A stretch of 64,000 nucleotides of DNA from Azolla caroliniana (lineage: Eukaryota; Plantae; Polypodiophyta): contig JBHGNT010000004.1 of NCBI GenBank assembly GCA_043228905.1, positions 5,642,001 to 5,706,000 of the forward strand, in the 5' to 3' direction. A program made the translations under genes and the position numbers. Positions 1 to 14,526 of this stretch are shown here, piece by piece. Each line of letters begins with the position of its first letter. Positions within the stretch are counted from its first letter, which is position 1. The notes under the pieces are model-generated. The model was not told the DNA's origin, ran no database searches, and saw only the letters and a list, made by a program, of their open reading frames with translations.

Positions 1-1959
1 GTTATGGGAATAACTCTTCATAACTTCAACTTGTGGTTATGTACATTGTTTTTGTTTCTCCCAAAACTCCAAAAAATGTCTTTACAACATTGACTTTATG
101 TGTGAGACATTTGTTTGCTCCAAAATATAAGAAATCGCTTCACAACATAGGCATTGTCACATTTTACACAATCCAATGAACAGAAATGATAGCATTGTTT
201 TAGATAAACAAACTTCCCATTATGTTCATTTTAATTTTCATAAACCTATTTAAGAGTATGACTTCTTCATAATCCTAACAAGAAAAGCACAAAGACCTAC
301 TTGACAAAGTTCTTTACTAGGATAATTCAAGATATATGTTGACTAAAGTCCATTTGTTCAACAATACATGGGCATGCTTGTTGATTGCATGCATATCTAT
401 ATCACACATTACATGAATGATAACGCAAATGTATAACATGAAATGTTTTTGGATTTGGCAGCATAATGTATACCCTATCTATCTAACAAGCTTTCTTCAA
501 AAGCCTTGAAAGCTACAAATACATTGTCTACAAGCACGAGACATCACAACCAATAGTACACTCACATCTTGATTACATTATTATTGTAAGATTATTGTTG
601 TTCTTAAGAATTGGTTAAGTGGATCACACCAATGATGCAATGAATTCAATGCATGCTATATTTGTATGATGTAATTAATATGTACATCACAATACACGAT
701 GTATCAACAAGTTAGGTAGACATGATAAAATAATTGGGTTAAATAAGGAGAAAGCTGAAATGGAAAAATAGTGATGATGGCCTGTCATTTATCATAACAT
801 GTCCACCAACAACATCCCCATGAAGAAAGCACGCAAAACATCTTTTTTGTTGATACATGCTTTCATAAATCCTTTGTCCAAGGGACATGTAAAGACTACA
901 AGCTTTGTTTTAAATGGGCAATGAATTTTTCGCAATTCTATATGATGTTGTCTATATTCCTCATGCAACGTATTTCGTAAGCATGCATTATGCCCTTTAA
1001 ACATGAGCTAATTTTATGTAGACAAGTAACCTACCAATAGAAAATGATGATCTTAAATTTGTATTATGAATTCTTTTCTTCTTCTTCCTCCTCTTCTTCT
1101 TCTATGATTGTATAATAAGTTATTCCACTTTGCAAACTGCCCATACAAATCATTGTAATATGGTACAACATTTTTCGGAGTAAATATTAAGGTGTGCAAT
1201 CTCAAACTAAATTATTGAAAAAATAAAATTCTATGATAAAAACGAAAACATGTTGCTCGAGACCCGAACCCACATTCTCATGTGACTTTATTAGTACATC
1301 ATCTTGTACATAAAGGCAATGTTTGAACTTAGGTATGAATCTATAAACAATAATAAGGGTGAATGACATAAAGGCAATGATTTCACATTCTGGTTTAACG
1401 CGTATTGTCTTGTCTTGATCCTTGATACCCACTTTAGAGTGGACTTTACAAGACACATGAATTGAATCTACAATCGTTGGTCTGTTTGGCGTAAAACTTC
1501 AACCACATCACGCTTTTATACTTGATTATTTCAAGATTAATACATATTGGGCATTTTTCAAATTGAGCATGGATTTTTCAACTATCAAGGTCTATGATAT
1601 GATATTGTTTTGTCACAAACTATGACGAGAATATATAAAGGGCAACAATGCAACCTTATATACATTTGAAAAGGTGTGCGTAATGTAAACTAGAATTTGG
1701 AATAATATTAATATATTACAATAAGTCAAGTGCTCTTTCCCTATCATAGGCAAGCATACATTTGTATGAAGTTTGTAAAGAATTAGTTGGAGTTAATGCA
1801 AGCAAATTAGCAATGCATTTTGCCATGCCACATGATATTTCTCAGTGGATTGAGTCGAATATTCTACGTGCTTGTTTCATTGTGAGGTTTATTCAACCAT
1901 GAAGTTCCCATATTCTCCTTAGAGGCAAAATGGATGGGTTAGTGACGACGTCCTATTTA

Positions 1960-2040
<81 letters not shown>
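1960..2040. repeat. Compound (TG)n(AG)n microsatellite
   Basis: Seen directly; the same compound type occurs at 55076-55152. Confidence 0.95.
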
Positions 2041-2043
<3 letters not shown>

Positions 2044-2460
2044 TAAGGTTGCCCGATGGAGACCAGGAGGTCATGGTTTCAACCCCCACATTCCATAGTG
2101 GCATCTAGTGAATCAAGGGATATGTATGAAGTATATAATAGAGAGGTGGAAATTTGGGTTTCAAACCCAAGACGTAGTGTGCTTGTAGCATAACAACTTA
2201 CCGATAGGGTAAGCTAATTACGATAAAAAATAATAGAGAGATGGTAAGGTTGCCCAATGGAGACCACAAGGTTATTGGTTCAACCCCCACATTCCATAGT
2301 GGCATTTAGTAAATTAAGAGGATATGTATAGAGTGATAAAGAAGTGCGAAATTTGGGTTCATGAGAGAGATCGAGCATGGTGGCATCGAGTAAATTAAGA
2401 GGATATGTATGAAGTTATAGGGAAGTGAGAAATTTGGGTGTTGAACCCAATACCTAGAGG
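2036..2460. repeat. ~200-bp tandem duplication containing tRNA/SINE-like motifs
   Basis: ATGGTAAGGTTGCCC.ATGGAGACCA...CAACCCCCACATTCCATAGTGGCAT at 2040 and 2241, with a partial third copy near 2380. Confidence 0.7.
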
Positions 2461-2472
2461 TAGTAGTCTAAA

Positions 2473-2620
2473 GAACTTACCACAATGAGATAAGGCAATC
2501 ACAATAAAACATAAAGTTAATAACTTACCACTATGAGACAAGGTAATTACAATAGAACATAAAGTCAATAACTTACCACTATGCGATAAGGTAATTACAA
2601 TAAAACATAAAGTTAAGGTA
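2473..2620. repeat. ~48-bp minisatellite, 3 copies
   Basis: AACTTACCAC.ATG.GA.AAGG.AAT.ACAATA.AACATAAAGT repeated. Confidence 0.8.
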
Positions 2621-2765
2621 TAGTTATAAAACATAATAACAGTTAGAAAAACTACCAAAATTCTCAAAAACATAATATACATTATGTGTGAAAGCCCAAA
2701 GTGAAAACATTGCCTTGTATGTGAAACCCCACATGTGATACTGCAGACATTGTGTATAAAGCAAA

Positions 2766-3047
2766 GTTAGAACTTACTAGGTTAAAATGGTGCTAGTATT
2801 GTTGCATTGAAGCCCATTTTTGAAAAGCAATTAAAATCTCCAATGGATCCACAATGTTAGAACTTACTAGGTTTGGGAAAAAAATGGTGCTAGTATTATA
2901 TCATCAAAGCCCATTTTTGAAAAGCAATTAAAATCTCCAATGGGTCCACAATGTTAGATCTTGCTAGGGTTTGGGGAAAAAAATGGTGCTAGAATTGTTG
3001 CATTGAAGCCCATTTTTAAAAGCAATTCAAATCTCCATTGGATCCAT
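2766..3047. repeat. ~95-bp minisatellite, 3 copies
   Basis: GTTAGAACTTACTAGG...AAATGGTGCTAG...AAGCCCATTTTT.AAAAGCAATT.AAATCTCCA repeated. Confidence 0.8.
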
Positions 3048-4532
3048 AAGTACTCCATAACATTAGATGTATGGTTACTTTCATGTATGGAAATTGGATT
3101 CTAATGATTTTCTTGTGATTCTCCCCATCAATTTGATCTAACAAAATTACAATGGCATATTAATGAGTTGATGCACGAACTCAATGATGTCATGGCCAAC
3201 TTTCCAGTTTGCCACCTACCATCATCATTTGCCTTTGCAACGAAAGATTTCCATGTTTTTTTTTGTTTCACATCATGCAGGTTAAACAATTTGTGCCTCC
3301 AAATATGGATGTTAAAAATTCCATTTTCCCCTTGAAAGTATTGCTTTACAAATTCGCTTTCTTCAACCGAAAAGTTTGAAAACAAAACATTATATACAAC
3401 ACAATGTGAAAACTTTGACTTTAGGCATCTCCACCCAATTGTTTAGAGAATCACATGGCTATTGATGAAAGTTCTAAATTCAAATGTAAAACATGATGAT
3501 GTGAAGGTTTCCTTTTGCGACGTTAAGCTTGTTGGTTCGATGGCTTGAAGCAATGGATTTGATTTATGCTCATTATAAAACCTATTCATAATGTTACTTT
3601 GCAATAATGCACACTATGAATTTGCTCTTTAAAAGATAGCCTCAAGTGGATAATTTTTGCATAAATAATAGGAGTAAAAACGATAGCATCACCCTTCAAA
3701 AGGCAAATGTTATCAATGCACCTCTGTTTTAAGTCAATGCTAATATAGTTTAAACTTTAGCTAAAAGAGAGTGATAATATGTACGTACACTATGAGATTC
3801 CATTCCACTAACTTGGGTCTCGAAAAAGCCCAGAGATTGCTCAACTTGTGGATCCTGTGTGATATCGCTCTTGTAAAACTATGAATGACCAAATATAAGA
3901 GAGGCAACGGCCATAAGAAACAATCATGATTTTGCAAATTGGCATAGAGTCCCCCCATCACTTGCTTGCCGAGAAGAGCTAACACAACAACCTCACTAAA
4001 GTAGATAAATCTTTTGGGATCATAAAATAATCACAATTTTTTATAGCAGATAAATTTATCTCCTTGTAAAGATTGGCAGAGATGAAGTAGATTTAGATGA
4101 TCAACCGACAACATGATATTGTATAACAAAACATACACCTTTACAATTTGTGGCCAAAGGACCGCCAGTGGGTTTTGGACTCCCAAATGTATGTGATTTT
4201 TGTACACAAAGGTTTGGGGATCACACACACACACACAATGTTGTTTAAATCATTAAGAGGAGAGGAGACTAGCTTATCATACCACGGAGGCGTCATTAAT
4301 TTCCATTATGTACTTCATTGTCCTTTTTTATTGGGTTGCATGTGATGAATAGGGGTGGTGGTGTTAGTCAACATGAAGAATATCTTCAATAAAAAGGTAA
4401 GAAAGAAGTCATGCTTTGTGCACCACAAATTCACTTCATTGACTTTGAAGCAATCGATTTAATAGACCCACCCCTTTCCTTTCTCCGCCCACCCCTCCAA
4501 CCTCTCTCCAACACCCTTTCGTGGTCGAAGAA

Positions 4533-4567
<35 letters not shown>

Positions 4568-4748
4568 TTGATGAGATAGTCAATCTAAAACGAAACACAA
4601 TTGACTATAAAAGGGAAAAAACCGAAATCAATCCATGGTTTCTAGGTCAACTAGTGAGCGTGCATGCATGGCCACATATTGAAAGCAAAAAGCAAACGAA
4701 CGTGTAAGTGGGTTGCAAGTTGCAGAAAGGACACCGTGTAACAATTGG

Positions 4749-4784
<36 letters not shown>

Positions 4785-4849
4785 GCATGCACGCACACCA
4801 TCACCATCACTGGCTTGCCGACACCACTAACATCACCAACACATCATGT

Positions 4850-4964
4850 TATAGACATAGACGTACAAATATACATAGACAGAGATAGATAGTAGACACA
4901 GACATATACACATGCACATACAATACACATGACCCGTACACATACACATACACATAACACCTAC

Positions 4965-5013
<49 letters not shown>

Positions 5014-5320
5014 TAGGAGAGGGGGCATGGTAGTGGTGGTGTATGTCTATCATATGTAGAAAAACAAATAAAAAGAACAAAGAAAGAGAGAGGGGGGGAT
5101 ATAAAACAAACATTACATATGTACATACCAACATATTTTTTTAGCTCAATAAACAAAGAAACAAAGAAACAATAAATAAAACAACAAATATAAACAAGTA
5201 AATATGTAAATAAATAAAACAACAAATATAAATAGGTAAATAAATAAAACAACAAGTATAAATAAGTAAATAAATAAAAACAACAAATCTATGTATGTAA
5301 ATACGTAAATAAAGATAGAG
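4850..5320. repeat. Low-complexity (ACATAC)n and (AAAT/AAAC)n tract upstream of MAP3K
   Basis: Seen directly. Confidence 0.85.
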
Positions 5321-5959
5321 CAGAGAGAAGAGAAGAGCTTCTCTCTCTTTCTCTCTCTCTCTCTCTCTTCTCCTCCCCTTCTCTGTCAGTCTCTGCAAGA
5401 CGCGTATCTTCCTTCCTTCGTCTTCTTTGATCTCTGTCTGTCTGTCTGTCTGTTTTAGAAGGATGCTTCTACGCAGGAGAGCCCTTTCCTTTTTGACTCG
5501 TTTCTAGCAGTCTAGCAGGATTCCATTCCCCACCGATCTCTGACGAGGGTGGGGGGGGGGCCGCATATGACCACCTTCAGACCTGATCGATCCGTACACA
5601 AGTGGAGCTTTTCGAAAACCCAATTCGGAGAATTTTAGTTTTCTGTGGGGGTCATGAAGGCTACATGTATACATAGCCTGCGTATGTTATTCGACGAAAC
5701 CCTAGACCTTACTCTGAACAGAGCATCGTCACCATCATTCAACACCATCCACATAGTGAACTCGATCACCATCAGATTGGCGATTGAATTTGATAGACCT
5801 ATAAAAAGTCATTGTTACCGCTGGCCCTCGAATCTGGTAGACCTATTGGAAATCATCGGCAACATTATTACCATTTCCAGGCTGCTCAATTTTGGATAAA
5901 GAAAAGAAAAATCTCAAAATTTGGCTCGATTTTTACAACCCTATTTTCGTCTCTCAACG

Positions 5960-8900
5960 ATGCACCTCTGGTTTGGAGGCGGAGGGGGGGCGAAATCCTC
6001 TCCCTCTTCTACATCAGGGGAGAAGACGAAAGGTGGGCTCTGGATCTTGGATGGTGCCTGGAGGAAGCAAAAATCAAAGAATCTTGAGAGAGAAGAACAG
6101 TTAAGGAAATTCAATCTTGATTCTTTCAATGAAGGATCCTCCACAAGATCATCGGATTCACCCATAACACCCTATCCATTACCATCTGTGCCTTCACCTT
6201 CTTCTTCTTCCTCGTCACAGATGGGCCCAGCTGCACCACAAACTGCAAGCTATTCTACTGTGCCTGTCCAGTCTCCTATGATCGGTTCTTCAAATGCTGA
6301 AGAAGAGGATTTTGACTTTCAATTGGGGTCAACCTCGGGTTCAGGATCAACGTCGAGTGCTGGATCTCAAGAGAGTAGCTTGTCAGCTCCTCCTCGGGAC
6401 CCCTTCTTGCAATCATTTATGGTTACCCCTGGAGCTGATCCCAATGGTCGTGCAGTGGCTGATCTGAGTGGCAGTGCAATTGCCACCCTGAATGGATCTA
6501 GGTACCTTTTTTTTCCTGAATTTTTTGTCTCTTCCTCATGAACTAAATAGAAACCCTGATGGCGTAAAGTAGATCTAGGTGTGCTAGTTTGTATGAGATT
6601 GTGGGGGAGAGAGATTTGTATAAGCACCATGGCAGGCAGCTTGGTAAACATTTGCGGGCATTGGTCAACCGCCACACACCGTCGCCAAATCTGGTGACCC
6701 AGAACAATAAGCATATATAGTGTCACAAGATTTGCATGGAAACATTTATTGAGATTAAATGGAAACTATGGCAGTAGCATTGAGTAGAGGTCACCACTTT
6801 AACAAGCATTATAATGACACGAGCTTAAATGGAAAGGTTATCTGATACCATCATGAAGGTCTCTCTACTTTAACCAGTATGTATAATGACATGAGATTAA
6901 ATGTAAAGGTGATTGGGATTGCATCGCGATGGTCTCTACTACCAAGCATATGTAATGAGATGAGATTAAAGGAGATATTATGTGTACAATACTCTCACAG
7001 AGGTCTCTACCGTATGTGATGAGGAATGTAGAAAAGCTTTTACAATGTTTTTCGGTTCATTGTCCAAAAACCTTGATTTCTATGGAATTCCACCAATTTC
7101 TTAGCTGTCTCTGGCCAAAGATGTTGCTTAACAGTGATTACTATTCTGATGATAAATGTGCAAAAGGTTGTTCCACCTCTGTTTTACAACTGAAAGGGAT
7201 AGTGAGGCCTCACACTGATGTGGTGTTTGAGTGTTTGCTAAGTTAAGTGCTTATCTATATTCTCATTGTAAAGTGTGCTATTCTTGTTGTTTGGACTACT
7301 TTTGCGTGTCTGCATATATTAATCCTCATTGTAAGATGTGCAAGTCTTGTTGTTCAAACTTTGTTTATGATCTTTTTTGGGTCTTACTTTGGCGACAGGA
7401 AAGCAACTGGTGCTACCTTATCTCCGAGGTATGGCAAACAAAGACAAGAGCATTCTCAAGACAATACTTGTGAAAGCCAGCGCCTCCCATCTCCTCTGCG
7501 GGGATCTGGTCCCCATGGAGGCTCTATAATACCAAGAAATGCATCAATAAGCCCTTTGGAAAATCCCATAAGGAGTCCAAGAGGAGCAGGATTCAGGAGA
7601 GAAGAGCCAGTGGGAGCCTCGTATTATGTAAGATCTTCATCCTCATACAATCTTCATTTTAGTTAATAATATTGTTTAGTAGTCTTCTGTACCTAATGTA
7701 TATTCATTAACAGGCACAAAAAAATCCAGATGCATTACCAGTTCATAGTCCAAGGAAGAGTCCTGGACCAACTCCTAAGATACAAAGCACAGCAGCTTCT
7801 CCGCTTCATCCAAAGCTGGGAGTCCAAGACTGTACTAACCTTTTCCAGGATAAAGAATTTCATCTTTTACCTTTGCCCCCGGGTGCCCTCAATGGTTCTC
7901 CACTTCCTTTATCACCTACTTCTTCGCCATACACATCTATCCCTCGCAGTCCAGAAAGATCTACCAATCTTCAACCCAGATGGCGCAAAGGGTCTCCTCT
8001 TGGTTCAGGAACATTTGGTCAAGTCTATTCTGGCTTTCATAGGTAAATATTTATATTTCCTTCCTTTGTTTCCTTTGATGATAAAATGGGAGTTTTTGGA
8101 TTCTTCCCATCTGCAGTTCAGCAAATACAATGAACTTTAAATGTATCTGTCCCTTTCTCTCCATCAAAGACAAGTAGGAAACAATGATTTTAAACAAATA
8201 TATGTAATATGTCCTCCACTTGCACCATCAAGTGGGATTTCCCCCTGCATTTCATTTTGAAAGTTGTTGATGATTTGAACATCCATGATTTAGAAACTTG
8301 CATATTTATACTCATTAATTCATAACCTCTAGGAAGAATGTATACACATATTCACACTCTCACAGGCATTGTCTTTCTGAGTATGCTGGCAGTAATCACA
8401 ATTATTTAAGTCATCAAGTTAATTTTAAATAGATGTTGCAGTTGAGGTTTTAATAATTAGATTTATGTTTGTGAAAATAGTGAAAATGGACAGTCATGTG
8501 CGATAAAAGAAGTGCTAATCATTCCTGATAATGAGTCCTCAGTGGAAAGTGCGAAGCAATTAATGCAGGTGGTTATTATGCTCCGACTCATTACATAATA
8601 GATCTAGACCATACACTACTTAAGTACTTTCTTGGTCTTAAATTATGATCTTTATTTCATTCAGGAAATCTCTCTTCTCAGCCAGATGAAACATGCAAAT
8701 ATTGTGCAATACTATGGATCTGAGATGGTATGTTTCCAGAACTTTTTTGGTGCATATTCTAATGATGTTATATTAGGGTCTTGATACATTATCAAAGTTC
8801 TTTCTCAACTATTGTTGATACCTGTGAATATGGTATTACAGTTTGAAGATCGGCTCTTTATTTACCTCGAGTTCATGTCTAATGGTTCAATTCACAACAT

Positions 8901-10122
8901 TATCCAACAATATGGCCCATTAAGTGAAAGTTGCATCCGTGCCTACACCCGTCAAATCCTCTTGGGGTTATCTTATCTTCATGGAAAACACACTGTGCAC
9001 AGGTGTGTTTGTTTTTATAGGCATAGAACCTTTTTGAAGAAGCATATGCTTAACTTTCATGAATGAAGGATGGCGTTTGGTAGAGCATGAGAGGGAGAGC
9101 TGTCAAGTGTGTTTAATAGGACTTCTACTAATGCAAGAGTATACTGTATACAAACATGAAGGATTGAATTTGGATATTGAGAATTGTGTAGCAGCTGCCT
9201 GGTTTTTACATCTGTTATGACAGTAGGGGGATGAAATTAGTTCTCGATTCTGATGAGATAATAATAAGAACTAGGATGCAAGGAATCATTGCTTCTGGAA
9301 TGGGAAATTTACCATCTTTTCCTTTTAACCATTGCAGATACATGACCAATAGTTTCTGAATATGAAGTAGGCAACATATTTTCTGAGTAGCCAATAACAA
9401 TTACAAGCCTGGACTCACATCGTGCAAACAAGCATGATTCTAGGAATAGGAAGTATGCAACACATTTTCTGAGTGCCCTATAGCAATAAAAAACCTGGGT
9501 TAGTTTTTCCCAGACAAGAATGGTTAGTATATACCCAAACAAGCATATATTCATTGGATCGGTTCTGTTAAATGCTGCACTGAAAATGAAGTAATTGGAA
9601 TTCTCCCCTATATGATGGATTGTTGACAGTGTGTGACAAAAATTCAAGGATAAGAAAGAAAAATCTTCAGTTTAATCTGGTTTTCACGAAATGTGATTAC
9701 CTTATAATCGTATAAATGGAATGGGCAATCATTCAGTTTTGACAATCTTGAGCTTATTAACAGAATGTAGACTTGTGCAGTCTGGATAGTTGTCCTAAAT
9801 ATGATTACTTCTAAGTACTGTACCTTTTCCCAGATATTTTCATGAGATTTACCGGGATGCTCTAAGGACTTGAATTAGAATTAGTGCATTCATTATGCTC
9901 TTGTTATTTGGATGTCTTTGATATGAAATTGTATGGTTGGCTTAACAGAGATATAAAAGGTGCAAATATCCTCGTTGACAAAGGAGGGGAAGTGAAGCTT
10001 GCAGATTTTGGAATGGCCAAACATGTATGGTTTTTTCATCGCATTGTTTTGATACTTTTATATTTATGCAACTGAATGGGAATGATAGTTTGATGGGTAT
10101 TTTTGTAGAGAGATTGTATTCC

Positions 10123-10188
<66 letters not shown>

Positions 10189-13100
10189 ACAAGCATGTAA
10201 AGAACTTTTAACATGGTGAAATCTTGTAAATAGAGTCCAAATTTATATAAATAGAGTCTAAATCGACAGCATATTTATATATTGTTGGGCTCGTGTAATG
10301 TGTATTGCTCGATTCAAGGAGATGAGTTTTCTCCTGTGACAACAATACTTTACATGAGGTAACCCCCTTCTCTAATCTATCATAGAAATCTTAAGCTGCC
10401 TCCATTGTAGTTCTGACATATTTAAAAAGATACCACAAAGAAATATCTCTCATTAAAATGTCATGCTGGAACTTACCAATGATCAAAATAAAATTTGATA
10501 TAAACTTGTACTATCCATGTTCACAATAAATATTTTAAAAACTCTTGAAAAATCTGTTTGCATTTGAATATCGATCTTGTCAAAAGCTTAGAGAAGACCA
10601 TTCACATCAAATATAAAGAGTTTCTCTCATCCTATATGTAACCATTCTAATCCAATGATATACATATTTGGGGTTTTATAATTTAGTCATGCAAGTTGCA
10701 ATGAACTCTTTCAAAATTCCTCTCAATGGTTTGGGGTTGTTGTGTCGAGCTTTATTGAAAGCTTCTTATGAATGATTGGGAAGTTTGAACAATAACGAAT
10801 TACTAGAAACTTTGTATGTTGATAACATTCCATTTAGAAAGCTGCACTACATATGGCCCTCCCTTTGTTCTCCATAAATGAAGATTTGTTTCTTCAAAAC
10901 AACATTAAATAAAAAAATTGTATAGTTTTGCTGGCATGCAAGGCTCCGTCCATTGAGCCTTGAGAATAATAAATGATGTTCACACACACACATAGATTGT
11001 AAGAGGGAAGAAAAAGAGGGCCTTGAAAATTAGGAAGGAGAGGAAACTGGATAAATGCACGGAGAAAAGAAATCACAACAAGATGGAGAATTTGTATTAG
11101 CAAAAATATTTCAGAAAAAAGAGAGTACAAACACTAATTATCTGGAGACAGATGGTTCACCACATGTCTAAAAAGTATCAATTATATTATAGGATGGGTT
11201 CAACAAAGTCATTGTAATTGGAGGAAGACCATGGAAACCTAAATACGTGTACTTGGGTTATAGACAAAGTCATGTAGGATAACGGTTTTGATGAGACTAA
11301 CTTGAACTGAAGTGGATGAAACCAATGTAAAGATAAAGATAACAAATACCTAGACAGTTGCAGCTCAGTCAGTAATACCTAGATAGTTCAAGTTAGTTTT
11401 GATGAAACTAACTTGAACTGAAGTGGATGAAACCAATGTAAAGATAAAGATAACAAATACCTAGACAGTTGCAGCTCAGTCAGTAAGGTTGTTCGGCAGA
11501 AACCAGGCTATTATGCATTCACCACTATATTCTGCAGTGGCATCTAGTAAACTAGTGCATATAGTGAGATTTGACTGTGTGCATGGGATAGTAAAAATCT
11601 GGCTTGCTACTAGTTATAGCCCTATGCAGGAAAAAGAAAAGAAAAGTAGCAAATCTGTTTGTGCTTTCGATGTTGGTGGCTATAGAAGAAGGAGTCTATG
11701 TATTTGTCATACCTGGAGTTGGAAACAGAATATCGAAAAGGCAAGCAAGTTCTACCTGACTTCGCTGGAAAACCATTTTCCTCTCTGTAAATTCTAATGG
11801 CTGATTGGAGACTTGGGTTTATAGCAGAGGCTCTTACATGCAAAGAGAAAGGATATTGTTGTGACTGGTATCACTTTATTTGTGAGGTGGTTGTATATAC
11901 AGATGAGATCCACCTTATTGAGGTATATACAGATGAGATTCTCTGTTGGGTGATGTTCTCTCATAAAATGCTTAAAATTACGTCAACAGTTAAAAAGCAA
12001 AAGTTTTAAAATTATTGTCATATTAGCTGTGATAGTACTTCTTGAATTCTGCTCAAAAACTTCCACATAGACCTCGGGTTTGCTCTTTCTAGCAGCATAT
12101 ACAATGGTTTTCTTCTTAATCATGCATAGGAAAGAACATTAGACTAGGAGAACTTTCACATCCCCTGTTGTTTCTTTTGTTCTTGTTTGTAGAGGATATA
12201 CACTTGGACATGATTTGTTTGATGGACCAATGGTGGCCTTCAGTTGTGAATGACTCATGAGTATAAATGCACTACCGCTGTTCCAATATAGCTTGGACTG
12301 TCCCCACCTAAATATGACCAAAGTGGAAGAGAATAGAGTGATCCGAACTGATATTATTAACTTGGAAAACAAGATAACATGGATCAGCCCCAAAATACCA
12401 CTTGGTACAAAGATGGCCCACTATAAGACACTTCTTACATACATCGGAAGATGGATTCGTCATCAGGCCACCTTATATGGACATACATCTATCCTATGCG
12501 TTGCGTAGTGTGATAGGGCAGCTAAGAACTTCATCACATCAGCTACAGATTGAGATAGGTAGATATACACGACTACCTCTAGAAAAGAGAATTTGCCAAA
12601 TGTGTCATGAAGGAGTGGAATCTGAGGAACACTATGTTTGTCATTGTAGTGTCTTTTATGAAATCAGAGGGAGATACCATTGCCTCTTTAAACAAGGCTT
12701 TGGCCCACTACGCAAGGTAATGGAATATGAGGACCAATGACGCCTAGGACTTTTCTTGCTAGAGCTCAAGAGACATTGGGAAAAGTTGTTGATGAATACA
12801 TCCACACAAGCTCATCCACAAAGAACAATCACAACTTTCTTTAGCCCCATCACTCCTACTAATCCTACGAGTCCATCACGGGATACACAAATGGGCTCCA
12901 GACCAGGACATGACAAAGGGGTTACAATTGATCGGGCAATAGCAATTTGCTGTGCACGTAGGCGCGGGCCGCCCCCATGAACCACGCCCTCGACAGATAA
13001 AAGCCATTATCTCCCGCCATCATAGGTGCTTCCCTTGCTTCGGAGACATTTCCATTCTGGATCGACCTATGTTAGAGATCTTTCGAAGGCAAAAGCTACA

Positions 13101-14526
13101 ATATACCTAACTTGAGAATCTCACGTGTGCCAAAAACCAGATTCCCTCGTTTCTTCTCTTTTCATCTTATTTACTTTTATATTTACTGTGTAGTATTTAT
13201 TTTATTTTGATTTGTTCTCAAAGACGAGACAACACTCAAGATGTAATCTCTTATTTGGTCTTATAGGCCATTTTGGCCTCTTAAAAGACGTTAATATATC
13301 TTTCTTCCTTCCGTCCTTTCTTTCTTGCTCTAAATTGTTTTCTTATTTGTTGGCTTATGGGTTTACATAAAGTGATTGTTCTTATTGTAGATAACAGAGC
13401 AGTCTTTTCTTCTTTCATTCAAGGGAAGTCCCTATTGGATGGCTCCGGAGGTATTATCATTTCTGCCCATGGTTTCAATTGCTAGGACTAATATAATTTC
13501 ATATAATAAACAGTTTCGCTGTCATGTATACAACATTGTAACTCCATTTGATATGTGGTTAATTCTGAAAGTGGACACATTGTCTCATTGAAGGTTATTC
13601 AGAACAAAAATGGTTATGATTTTGCGGTCGACATATGGAGTCTTGGATGTACAGTACTAGAAATGGCTACAGGCAAACCACCATGGAGTGAATTTGAAGG
13701 GGTAAAATATCTTCATTCATACCTACTCTAATGATTTTGAATCATCAACTTGAAATTCTAGACATAATTGAACTATCCCAATTAAAATAAAAACCAAAAT
13801 CATAGAGACACATGATTGAATGGCATTGTTGGTTGTTTTTTCATTTGCTAGATACTTTCTTTATTCATCTTCCATTTTTTCTGTTTATGTTGACATGTTT
13901 TAAACTTACAGATAGCAGCTGTTTTTAAAATTGGCAATAGCAGAGAGGTGCCAAGTATCCCGGAGTTCTTATCAGAGGATGCAAAGACGTTTCTGAGATG
14001 TTGTTTACAACGTGAGCCACGGGCAAGACCAACAGCTGCCCAACTTTTAGAGCACCCTTTTGTTAGATTAGTAGAAAGGTCCAACTCAAATGTATTATCA
14101 GAGGCACTACAGAGGTCTACTCTTAGGTCTCCAATGTCTCCAAGGTCACCGAGGCGAAGTGATACACAGCTGCATATGATCCGGTTTGGATCTGAACCTG
14201 GTCACTTTCAGCAAAGCAGCCCGAGGCATCAAAATTTCACTTTGTGGGATGGTATGCCACTGGTTCAAGATGGAGTGATTGGAGAGTCACATCCAATCGG
14301 GTTTGGAACTGAACCTAGCCACATTCAACATACTCCAGAGAGCAGCTCAAGGCACCGGAATGTTTCTTTGCGGGATGGTTCAGCTCCCATTCAATATACG
14401 CCGGAAAGCAGCCCGAGGCACCGAAACTTACCTTTGAGGGACGGTTTGGCTCCAGCACATGTACCTGTAGATGGTATGATACCTGGAGAGTCGCGAACAA
14501 TGCGATCCCCTCGACGGTATCGATGA
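5960..14526 (+). CDS. YDA: MAP kinase kinase kinase, YODA/MAPKKK-alpha (MEKK) type, ~756 aa, 10 exons
   Basis: Exons with GT-AG sites and consistent phases: 5960-6501, 7399-7627, 7714-8042, 8481-8568, 8665-8727, 8842-9002, 9949-10024, 13391-13450, 13594-13701, 13912-14526 (2271 nt). Kinase motifs: [90 protein letters not shown]-like N-terminal motifs: [25 protein letters not shown]. Orthology (YDA vs MAPKKK3) not proven. Confidence 0.92.
6750..6975. repeat. Diverged ~70-bp tandem repeat in MAP3K intron 1
   Basis: GAGATTAAAT(G)GAAA anchors at ~6751, 6821, 6893 and 6962. Confidence 0.6.
10125..10190. repeat. (CA)n microsatellite
   Basis: Seen directly. Confidence 0.95.
11289..11486. repeat. 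~110-bp tandem duplication in MAP3K intron 7
   Basis: ACTAACTTGAACTGAAGTGGATGAAACC...GCAGCTCAGTCAGTAA appears twice, identical. Confidence 0.85.
12200..13325 (+). mobile_element. 5'-truncated LINE (ORF2 C-terminus and 3' UTR) in MAP3K intron 7
   Basis: [37 protein letters not shown] matches the C-terminus of the intact ORF2. Ends GGCCATTTTGGCC..GACGTTAATATATCT followed by a TTTC-rich tail. Confidence 0.85.

Noticed and set aside
4833-5398. ORFs of 140 and 85 aa
   Set aside because: Translations of microsatellite or low-complexity DNA.
7730-8140. 136-aa ORF in the track
   Set aside because: Wrong frame; the real exon 3 (7714-8042) is in another frame with kinase motifs.
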